Below are positions 20,370-29,117 of a stretch of DNA of 64,000 nucleotides, one piece after another. The notes beneath the pieces are model-generated. The model saw only the letters and a list, made by a program, of their open reading frames with translations, was not told the origin of the DNA and searched no databases. The stretch's first letter is position 1. The number at the start of each line of letters is the position of its first letter. The stretch spans positions 64,001 through 128,000 of IMG/VR virus record IMGVR_UViG_3300033463_000027; one strand, given 5' to 3'. The translations under genes and the position numbers were made by a program. This DNA comes from a virus. Its lineage: Duplodnaviria > Caudoviricetes.

Positions 20370-21593
20370 ATGAACACATTAACAACAGCAAATGTAAGCG
20401 GAATGTCACTTCCCATTATGGAAGTAAACGGAACAAGAGTGTTGACTACAGCACAGTTAGCGGAGTGCTATGGAACAACGGAGCGCAGGATATCTGAAAA
20501 CTTTAATGCCAACAAAGATCGGTATGAAAAAAACAAACATTATGTTGCTCTCGAAGGCGAAGAGAAACGGAATTTTCTCAACCATACGAAAATTCCGTAT
20601 GGTTCAAAAGCCGCAAAATTTTATCTCTGGACAGAACGCGGAGCTTTACTTCATGCAAAGTCTCTTGGAACTAATAAGGCATGGGAAGTATACGATATAT
20701 TGGTGGACAATTATTTTACCTCTGCTAAGATAGTTACCATCACGCCTACCGATGCTGCTCGAATACTTGCAGAGAATAATCTAAACAACAGAAAAATCAA
20801 TCAAGCGAACGTTCGGAAGTACGCCGACGATATGCTACTTGGTAAGTTTGAACTTAACGGAGATACTATTCGCTTCTACGCCGATGGAACCTTGGCAGAT
20901 GGACAGCATAGACTTATGGCTTGTGTGCTTTCAGGAGTTCCTTTTAAAACCTATGTAGTTAAGGGTTTGGAGAAAAAGGTTCTTCCCACTATTGACTGCG
21001 GCAAGCCCCGGAATATGGTTGAAACTCTGAACATGATAGGTTGTGGAGTAAATAAGATGATAGTTCCTGCGATGAACCTTTACTTTAATAATAGAGCGAG
21101 TCTTACTGCTAATCAGGTACAAGTCCTTTGGGATAAGTATTCGGATAAACTTGAAAAACTATGTACTATATTAAAGGGAAGTCACCACGATCACATTCTC
21201 TCACAGAAAGACGTAAGGGCATACTTTATGCACTTACTGTTAGCGGAGAACTGGACAGAAGATGATGTTCAAACCTTTGTCAACGGATTAAAGACCAAAC
21301 CTAATTGCGCAACCAATTTCGATTATACTTGTTATAATTTCAGACGTTGGTACGACCGCAGGATTCATAGAAAGATTACCGATGGCAAGAAGTGTAAGAA
21401 CAATCCCAAGTCTTTGATGACTATTGAAGGATTATGTACTGTTGCGGATTCGTATATACAAGACAAGCAGTATAACAAGTTTGCTGGAACTAAGTTGACA
21501 CGCGCCAATGGAGTTCTTGAAAGAGGACAAGCGTTAGCTCAGATACAGTTTCAGTTAATGGAATCCTCTAACTTAACATTGACCTCTACTTAA
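20370..21593 (+). CDS. ORF6N antirepressor domain fused to a ParB/Srx-like (DGQHRL) domain
   Basis: VLTTAQLAECYGT..LWTERGALLHAKSL followed by N.NNR, NGDTI and DGQHRL. Confidence 0.75.
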   Translation: MNTLTTANVSGMSLPIMEVNGTRVLTTAQLAECYGTTERRISENFNANKDRYEKNKHYVALEGEEKRNFLNHTKIPYGSKAAKFYLWTERGALLHAKSLGTNKAWEVYDILVDNYFTSAKIVTITPTDAARILAENNLNNRKINQANVRKYADDMLLGKFELNGDTIRFYADGTLADGQHRLMACVLSGVPFKTYVVKGLEKKVLPTIDCGKPRNMVETLNMIGCGVNKMIVPAMNLYFNNRASLTANQVQVLWDKYSDKLEKLCTILKGSHHDHILSQKDVRAYFMHLLLAENWTEDDVQTFVNGLKTKPNCATNFDYTCYNFRRWYDRRIHRKITDGKKCKNNPKSLMTIEGLCTVADSYIQDKQYNKFAGTKLTRANGVLERGQALAQIQFQLMESSNLTLTST

Positions 21594-21657
21594 TTGTTCA
21601 TAGGAAGGGCTTTCGCGGCTGTGCCTAACAACCGCGATTTATAATCGCTTAGAGTGC

Positions 21658-21945
21658 GTCAATAACTCACTGCTTATAGAAGCAGGAGCTTGTAAATGCT
21701 CAAATTGACTACCCTAAGTTCTTCAAGAACTACGTTATGCAAGAATTGTATAAGTTCTTTTATACTAAATAGTTACCCGTGAGCGTTATGCCTAACTTGC
21801 GGCTCTAAGGCAAATGGTTAAATAGTTCTGTGGAGTAGGAACAGTGCTGTTCGCAGTAAAACCTTGCAATAACATTGGGGAAGGCATTTAACAGCTTTGT
21901 ATGTGCTGTCTTACAGAGTAGAACATACAATTTGACTGAAAGGAG
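21658..21945 (+). ncRNA. IscB omegaRNA scaffold
   Basis: About 290 nt structured leader (GTCAA..TTGAC stem, CTACGTT, AACATTGG.GAAGG) upstream of iscB. Confidence 0.8.
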
Positions 21946-23237
21946 TGTTTTTTGGTGGTATATGTGATAAACAAAAACGGACAGCCGCTTATGCCAACCG
22001 AGAGACACGGTAAAGTGAGACGATTGCTTAAAATAGGAAAGGCTAAAGTAATCAAACGCTGTCCGTTTACTATTCAGCTTCTTTATGCTACGACTGATTT
22101 TGTACAAGAAGTCACTTTGGGAGTAGATAGTGGGAGTAAGCATATTGGAGTATCAGCGACAACAAAAGACAAAGTTTTGTATGAAGCTGATATAGAGCTT
22201 AGAAACGATATTGTCAAGCTGTTATCTGCAAGAAGAGAGGCAAGACGTACAAGGCGCAATAGAAAAACTCGTTACAGACAGGCTCGGTTTAACAACCGCA
22301 GTAAGCCCGATGGTTGGCTTGCCCCGTCAGTGCAACACAAGGTCGATGCTCATTTGACTGTCGTTCGTAAAGTGTATGAGATTCTTCCAATTGCAAAAAT
22401 CATAGTCGAGGTTGCTTCTTTTGATATTCAGAAAATCAAAAATCCATATATTAAGGGAGAAGAATATCAGCAAGGTGAACAGCTTGATTTCTGGAACGTA
22501 AGAGAGTATGTGCTTTTCAGAGATAGTCATGTGTGTCAGTGTTGCAAGGGCAAATCAAAAGATAATATTCTCAATGTACATCACATAGAATCACGGCAGA
22601 CAGGCGGGGATGCTCCCAATAACCTTATCACTCTCTGCGAGACCTGCCATTTAGGGTATCATAAAGGGACTGTGAAACTTCCAAAGACCATAAAGCGGGG
22701 GATGTCTTTTAGAGATGCAGCTTTCATGGGAATAATGCGATGGGCGTTTTACAATAAACTTAAATATATATATCCGAACGTTAATCTGACTTACGGATAT
22801 ATCACCAAAAACGCCCGTATTAAAAACACTCTTTCCAAAAGCCACTTTACAGATGCAAGGTGCATAAGCGGAAATCCGAAAGCTGTATCCGATGATGTAG
22901 TTTTCTATCAGAAAAAAGCCAGATGTCATAACAGACAGATACATAAATACAACATACTCAAGGGCGGGTTGAAAAAGAAAAACCAAGCACCGTATGAAAT
23001 GTTCGGTTTTAGGTTGTTTGACAGGGTAAAGTATCTTGGAAAAGAGTACTTTATCTTTGGTAGGAGAGCATCAGGATATTTTGATATAAGAGACTTACAA
23101 GGAAATAAGGTTAACAAAGGGAGTATTTCCTATAAAAAGTTGACCTTTATCGAACGGGCTAAAACTTATTTAACTGAAAGGAGGAAGGAGCATTCCTCCC
23201 CGACTTTTGAAGTTGGGGTATCCTGCTCCTATTTTAG
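21658..23237 (+). mobile_element. IS200/IS605-family IscB element
   Basis: Begins GTCAATAAC, ends in a CCCCGACTT/AAGTTGGGG hairpin. Flanks rejoin as AGAGTGC|ATGAAC. Confidence 0.8.
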
Positions 23238-23241
23238 ATGA
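21952..23241 (+). CDS. iscB: RNA-guided endonuclease IscB
   Basis: PLMP N-terminus, RuvC-I GVDSG, Arg-rich bridge helix, RuvC-II VEVA, HNH (HHI..GG..NLITLC..CH), RuvC-III HFTDA. Confidence 0.93.
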   Translation: MVVYVINKNGQPLMPTERHGKVRRLLKIGKAKVIKRCPFTIQLLYATTDFVQEVTLGVDSGSKHIGVSATTKDKVLYEADIELRNDIVKLLSARREARRTRRNRKTRYRQARFNNRSKPDGWLAPSVQHKVDAHLTVVRKVYEILPIAKIIVEVASFDIQKIKNPYIKGEEYQQGEQLDFWNVREYVLFRDSHVCQCCKGKSKDNILNVHHIESRQTGGDAPNNLITLCETCHLGYHKGTVKLPKTIKRGMSFRDAAFMGIMRWAFYNKLKYIYPNVNLTYGYITKNARIKNTLSKSHFTDARCISGNPKAVSDDVVFYQKKARCHNRQIHKYNILKGGLKKKNQAPYEMFGFRLFDRVKYLGKEYFIFGRRASGYFDIRDLQGNKVNKGSISYKKLTFIERAKTYLTERRKEHSSPTFEVGVSCSYFR

Positions 23242-23331
23242 ACTTAAAGTGATTACCATATAGTAAACGTGCGTATTATAGCGGTTCAGCGGAGTTATAA
23301 ATCCGCGCATTGTCTTGAAAGGAGTATAAAT

Positions 23332-24297
23332 ATGGATAACACAGCAAGAAAGCTAACTATCAGCGGAAACAACATTGATATTTCCGTAGTCAAGTCCAAG
23401 AAAAAGGACAGAATACAATCTAAGATTGTAACCGAGGACGAGTTCGCGGAGATTTATCGCTCTGCTGATGCGATAACTTCTGCAAAGGACATAGAAAATA
23501 TGTGTCTTACGCTCTATAAAAGGGGTTATGTAGATAGCATGGTTCTCTTTATCGTTGGAACCAATATTGGCTATCGTCCTGTCGATTTACAAGCGTGGAG
23601 ATGGGAGCAGATTACCGATGAAAACGGAAACATTCTTCGGAGATTTGCTATGAACGAACACAAGACAAGCAAGATGACAGTAGTTAATTTCAATGAGACT
23701 GTTGTTAAACTTCTTACATGGTATAGGGATTATAAAATGTCTCAACCCAAGTTTATGTGGGAGAATTATGTTTTTTCTGTAAGCATAAAAAATGCGGCAA
23801 GAAGTTATGTGTGGTATGATAAAGAAAACGATATTATCTATCACCAAGATAGGAAACATAAACAGTTGGGGCTTGTATATTATCATGAGGGCAAAAATAT
23901 TATTACTTGTCCTGCGTGTGAAGTTATCGGAAACGAGAAGTATCTTAAATTGCAAAAGCCCATTACGACTGAAACTGCCAGTAACAATTTTATTGAAGCT
24001 GCGGAGAAATGCGGAATTGAGGGACATTTTTCGTCATATACAATGCGGCAAACGTTCAGCTTTTGGTTTAGAAAAACCTTAAAAGAGGACGAAACTCTTG
24101 CAAATGTAGCTGATGAATACTTCTCGACCATGCTGCTGAGTGGATATTTTCAGCATAGCAGTTTAAAGGTCACGCAAAAACACTATATGCGAGATCAAGT
24201 TGCGTTATTCAGACAGATTGTAAACAAGATGAACCTTGCTAAAGATTTTGTGGATTGTCTGGTCGAAAAGGATAATGCAGTACAGATGTGTTTATAA
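23332..24297 (+). CDS. Tyrosine recombinase (YopP/XerC-like)
   Basis: GYRPVDL (R), HKTSK (K), SYTMRQTF (HxxR with H>Y), QHSS (H), QKHY (Y). Confidence 0.8.
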   Translation: MDNTARKLTISGNNIDISVVKSKKKDRIQSKIVTEDEFAEIYRSADAITSAKDIENMCLTLYKRGYVDSMVLFIVGTNIGYRPVDLQAWRWEQITDENGNILRRFAMNEHKTSKMTVVNFNETVVKLLTWYRDYKMSQPKFMWENYVFSVSIKNAARSYVWYDKENDIIYHQDRKHKQLGLVYYHEGKNIITCPACEVIGNEKYLKLQKPITTETASNNFIEAAEKCGIEGHFSSYTMRQTFSFWFRKTLKEDETLANVADEYFSTMLLSGYFQHSSLKVTQKHYMRDQVALFRQIVNKMNLAKDFVDCLVEKDNAVQMCL

Positions 24298-24358
24298 TAA
24301 GGTAGTTACCGAGGAAACTCGGAAAAATATATTAACTAAATTTTAGGAGGAATTTTTT

Positions 24359-24940
24359 ATGAAAACTTTAAAGGTTACTTGGAAAGGCACAAAGACTCTG
24401 ATTATGCACTCTTGCCAGTGCGTTAATCCCCTTAATCCGATTCAAAAGGAATTGAAAAAGTACACTTCAAAAAGAACCAAAACTGATGAAGATTTACAGA
24501 GAATTTCTGATCTTGAATGGGAAGCTGGGGCTTATTGGAAAGAAGGTATGGGACTTTATATCCCCGGAGAAAATGTGATAGCAACCATTATTAATGGTGC
24601 AAAACTCTTCAAGAAGGGTACTGATGTTCAAAAGTATGTTTCTGTTCCTAATGTGCATATTCCGTTTAATTACGGAGAAAATCTCACTAAGGAAGAACTG
24701 ATTGCTGATAAAGATTATCGTGATGTAAGACCTATGGTCGTTGGTAAGGCAAAGGTTATAAGAACAAGACCAAGATTCGATCAGTGGAATATTACTTTTA
24801 ACCTTGAATATGAAGAGGATAAGATTGACCGTGATGTTGTCATTCTTGCATTAGAAAATGCAGGAAAGTATGTGGGGCTTTGCGATAGTCGCAACTATGG
24901 CTATGGGCGATTTGTCGTAAAAGCAGAAGAGTTGGATTGA
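24359..24940 (+). CDS. Stand-alone Cas7/RAMP-like protein
   Basis: N-terminal KVTWKGTKTLIMH, LYIPGENVIATI (cf. RAMP IPGSSIKG) and C-terminal glycine-rich loop GLCDSRNYGYGRFVV. AGGAGG RBS. Confidence 0.75.
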   Translation: MKTLKVTWKGTKTLIMHSCQCVNPLNPIQKELKKYTSKRTKTDEDLQRISDLEWEAGAYWKEGMGLYIPGENVIATIINGAKLFKKGTDVQKYVSVPNVHIPFNYGENLTKEELIADKDYRDVRPMVVGKAKVIRTRPRFDQWNITFNLEYEEDKIDRDVVILALENAGKYVGLCDSRNYGYGRFVVKAEELD

Positions 24941-24945
24941 GATAG

Positions 24946-25378
24946 GGATTATATGTTTGGTTCTGTTCTGTTGTGTTTCGTTAGGTTCCGTTCAGTTCAG
25001 TTGCGCTAAGTTATGTATTGTAGGTTGTGTTTTGTTTCGTTAAGTCGAGTTTCGTTGTGTTGTGTTGCGTTAGGTTGGGTATTATAAGTTAAGCTCCGTT
25101 GCGTTGAGTTTAGTTGTGTTAAGTTCAGTTTGGTTGGGATAGGTATTATAAGTTAAGTTAAGATGTATTATGTTGTGTTTAGTCAGGTTGCGTTAAGCTA
25201 AGTTAAGTATTATAAGTTAGGTTCTGTTTCGTTGTATTGAGTTATGTTGGGGTTCGTTTGGTTCGGTTATGTTTGGTTGAGCTAAGTATTATAAGTTGCG
25301 CTATATTAAGTTATGTTGAGTTAGGTCAAGTTGCGTTGCGTTATGTTAAGTTGCGTTGGGTTAAGTCAAGCATTATAG
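24946..25378 (+). repeat. Array of six GTT-NN pentamer units separated by a 9-nt GTATTATAA repeat (putative guide-RNA array)
   Basis: Units 24955-25014 (12 pentamers), 25024-25078 (11), 25088-25142 (11), 25152-25206 (11), 25216-25285 (14), 25295-25369 (15). Delimiters at 24946, 25015, 25079, 25143, 25207, 25286 and 25370. Confidence 0.9.
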
Positions 25379-25413
25379 GCTTTGAAAAAAAATACCAAGA
25401 AAGGAAAATTATT

Positions 25414-25878
25414 ATGAATGAGTTAATCAACAATAAGACAATCGCGGAGGTTCTTGCGGAAGAAATTGATAAACTTCCCTATGAAACTGTAATCGAGCAT
25501 GGACAAATAGAGTCCATCATCGGAGTTCCGAGAGGTCTGAACAAGTATGGTTCTACTATTGCAAAAGCAAAGAAGTTACTTATAGAGAAGCGGAAACATA
25601 TTGAGAGTATACGGGGTGTTGGTTATCGGATAGTCGCGCCTGATAACGTGATAGATCGTTCACTTCATCACATTAAAAGAGGTTGTAATGAAATCAAAAA
25701 AGGGCAGGAAATCTTAGATCATGCACCTGTTAATGATATGAGTGTAGAGGGTCGTGAAGCCTATCGTAGAGTATATGACAGAGCTGTTATCCTTGATGCT
25801 GCTATGAAAGGCGCTGCCGTGGAGCTTAAAGAGCTTGCGGGTAAACGTCCTCATCCGTTTTTGTTTTGTAAGAAATGA
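25414..25878 (+). CDS. Winged-helix-like protein downstream of the RAMP array
   Basis: ATG after AAGGAA RBS; IESIRGVGYRIV wing motif. Confidence 0.7.
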   Translation: MNELINNKTIAEVLAEEIDKLPYETVIEHGQIESIIGVPRGLNKYGSTIAKAKKLLIEKRKHIESIRGVGYRIVAPDNVIDRSLHHIKRGCNEIKKGQEILDHAPVNDMSVEGREAYRRVYDRAVILDAAMKGAAVELKELAGKRPHPFLFCKK

Positions 25879-26075
25879 GGAATTGTTATGATAGTCTATA
25901 CTGTATTTAAAACTCGATGGAATCCCGATAGTAACTATGACGAAACTTTTCTTATAGACATATATTCCAACGAACAAACAGCTATGCAAGAGTGTATTAG
26001 TTATAATAGTAGTCATGATAACAGTGAAAGTTTTTTTGTTTTATGAAGATTATACTGTCAAGGAGGACTAAAAAA

Positions 26076-27115
26076 ATGAACGAAGAAAGATATAAGAAGT
26101 GGTTTGCAGAAGCCAAAGAACAGACTATTGAAACTCTCCCTGAGTTTATGAAAAGAATCTTGGACGAGCCACAAAGTTATGATTCTATTGTTGAAGCAAT
26201 TACTGCTTGTGCGCTCGGAGCTGCTTGGGCGGCAGACCATCATGAGAATGGTGGAATCACAGGCTTTCAGGGCAGTTGGGTGATGTGGCAATTCATTAAG
26301 CACTGGATGTGCAAGGGAGATAGTTGTGGATTAAAGCTTGTTGATTATGATGATATGCTTTATCCTCAGTATGACTATAAGTTCTGCGATAAAACAATTG
26401 ATAGGAGTACGTGGAAAGCCTTACAGAAGAAAGCGGCAGAGTATTTAGCCGAGGGTCGCGGAGTTGCGGAAGTAAAAGCGCACTGGCGGTCGATTGTTAA
26501 TGGCGTTGTTCCTTTTGGTTATACAGTAAAGGAGGACTAATCATGAACAAAATAGAAAAGCTGAATGAACGTATTGCACAGCTCACAGACCTTGTGAAGT
26601 CCGGCGAAGAAACAATCTCCGCGACTAAGGAAATGTTAAAGTTAGCGGAGCAAGAAAGGGACAGGCTTGCGGATCAGCGGACGGAAATAGAGCCGAAGTT
26701 TGAGAGAATGCATCAAACTAAATCGTATTGGAGATTAGCATTTGACAATGCGTTTGGTTGTGGAGCTTGGGTTCTTAAACAGGTAGAACGCGGATGGTAC
26801 GATTTCAACAACATGACTGATTTTAAGGGCAATAACTATTTTCACACCGAAAAACGAGCGCAGGAAGTCGCTGACAAGATTAACTTCTTATTGAAGTTAG
26901 AAAGATTACATGACATATATTGCCCCGATTATGTGCCTGATTGGAATGATTTTTTTGCTTGCAAATGGTATGTTTGGATGAATACCGATGATAGGTTATA
27001 TTGTTGCACAAGAACAGCAAGTGCTAAAGACCCTTGTGGAGTATATTTCCATTCGGAAGAAATTGCACAGAAAGTCTGTGACATATTGAACGCCGAATTG
27101 GAGGAAAAGAAATGA
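26076..27115 (+). CDS. Two hypothetical genes (26076-26540, 26543-27115)
   Basis: AGGAGG RBSs; GGITGFQ and PDW motifs. Confidence 0.65.
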
Positions 27116-27418
27116 AACGTTGGAAATATTCTTTAGTAACAGGAAAAGGCTCTTCGAGAGTCTATTCAGAACAATGGTAATAAGGAAACCTTAAAGGCTC
27201 TTAGAAAGTGCTATGAAGAAATTCATAGAGCCACGCCCGATTTGTATGATGAAGATAATCTTGAAAATGATGTGGAGGAAATAGAGAATCAGCTTGACAA
27301 CTGTGAGAACTATGAAGATTATGAAATGAGCGAAGATGATATACTGGTTGAAATCAACTATATGCTCAGGAACTTCTATGACTTTTGTGATGCTAACAAT
27401 ATATGGGTGGGGCTGTAA
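27112..27418 (+). pseudogene. Frameshifted paralog of 17337-17642
   Basis: MKRWKYSLVTGK, then one extra A in GGAAAAGG. The shifted frame continues ALRESI...FYDFCDANNIWVGL. Confidence 0.8.
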
Positions 27419-27426
27419 TTAATTGA

Positions 27427-27472
27427 CACCATATATAGTGTATGATGTACTAATGCAACACAATATATTGTA
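27427..27472. promoter_or_regulatory. Tandem NrdR-box-like pair
   Basis: CACCATATATAGTG (27427) and CACAATATATTGTA (27459), 32 bp apart. Confidence 0.65.
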
Positions 27473-27510
27473 TATAAAATACGGATAAAACGAGATTTTT
27501 ATTGTAAGGA

Positions 27511-28966
27511 GTGAGCACGTTGAAAGCGGAAGAATTAATTGATTGTTTAGAAGATATCAGCAGAATGGTATATAGACAGTGGTGTGATGAAACATATTGT
27601 CAGGTTATGGATAAAACAATAAAAGCAGTAAGGAAAACCATTCCTCAGAAAGTAAAATATGACCTATTCGGTGCAGAATGTCCTAATTGTGGTGGACGGG
27701 TGACATTACCAAGCACTTATACCTTTAATGGCAAAATGATTTGCATACGTTGTGATTATTGTGATAGTTGTGGACAGGCATTAGATTGGAGTGATGAATA
27801 ATGAAATTTAAAATAGCTATCGAAGTAGAACTCGATCTTTCAAATCTCACAATCGAGATGGTTGAGTCAAATCCCGCAGTCTTTTGTAAGGAGTTTGCGG
27901 AAACTTTAGTGGAGAACGCGGCGGTCGAAGTCGCGGAACAAGGAGCGATACTTAGCTACAAGAACTCTGCTTGGATGTCTGATAAGAACAATGATTATGA
28001 TACTGGTATCTTGAACTACTTTATTTGGAGGGATTAAAGGAATGAAAATTGTATTAGATATTCCTAAAGATTTTGAACGTCATTATAATAATGATAAGTT
28101 CAAGGACAGCTTGGAAAGAATCAAAGCCGATCTTAATGAGGATTTTGTATTTGCGGGAAACTATGAGCGTGAGCTGCTTGATATGTTGGTAGTAGCTTTT
28201 GAGGAAGCAAGGGTTATTTATTCTACTTGTACACTTAAAGGAATCCCCGTTTACAAAATCAATTGTGATGATATTTGGAATGAAGCCTATGATAAAAGAG
28301 ATGGGGTGAAGTAAATAAAAGCGATTGATGCGCCGGCGCAGGAAGGAAAGTGGATTCCCGTTCCTCAAACTGATATTACAAAAGATTGGAAGTGCTCTAA
28401 TTGTCAAGGACTTGTAACTTTAGCGCATTATAGTAAAAAATGTTATTATGATTATTGCCCTACTTGTGGCGCAGATATGAGAGGAAAGTAAAAATGATTG
28501 AGAAACATATATACATCGCTTATGATGGAAAAGAATTTGTAAATCGAGACACTTGTGAAATATATGAAACGATGTTGTATTACAAAAAGACAAAAGAAGA
28601 ATTGGCGGGATTGCCGAATATAAAGAAGGCAATGTCAGTTATTTCGGAATATTGTACATTACACGCTTGTTGTAATGAATGTCCCATGCTTATTGGTTCT
28701 CCTAAAAGATGTTGTTATTTTAGAGATAAAAGTCCCAATAATTGGCTTAATCAGTAAGAATGAAAGGAATGATTGTAATGCGTGACCTAAATAGAATAGA
28801 CGTAATTTGCGATCTGCTTAGAGAAGTATGGAAAGAAGTTCCTGATTGGAGATTGGGACAGTTAATTTTCAATCTCACCGGTAGGTACGATTGCTTTTAT
28901 GTAGAAGATGATGTATTGGAAGAAGCGTTAAGAATAAATTTGCAAAAAGAAAGTGATAGCAAATGA
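27511..28966 (+). CDS. Small hypothetical genes (27511-27801 Zn-ribbon, 27801-28037, 28042-28314, about 28494-28757, 28760-28966 PDWRLGQL family)
   Basis: Contiguous ORFs with RBSs. Confidence 0.6.
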
Positions 28967-29117
28967 AAATTTTATGCGTAATAATCACCTTGCTAATAGA
29001 AAAAATATTCGGACTTGTATTAGCGATGTGTGATAAGGAATAACTCATACAGGCTACTTGTAGAAAAATAAACGAGTAGCCTTTTACATATAAACTATAA
29101 GAAAGGAATTATTAGGT

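Noticed and set aside
24946-25378. Canonical CRISPR array or simple microsatellite
   Set aside because: The repeat is only 9 nt and the 'spacers' are internally periodic. Variation is concentrated in two of five positions and the phase is kept, unlike slippage repeats.
25237-25413. N-terminal 59 codons of the 213 aa ORF
   Set aside because: Read-through of the pentamer array. The real start is ATG 25414 with an RBS.
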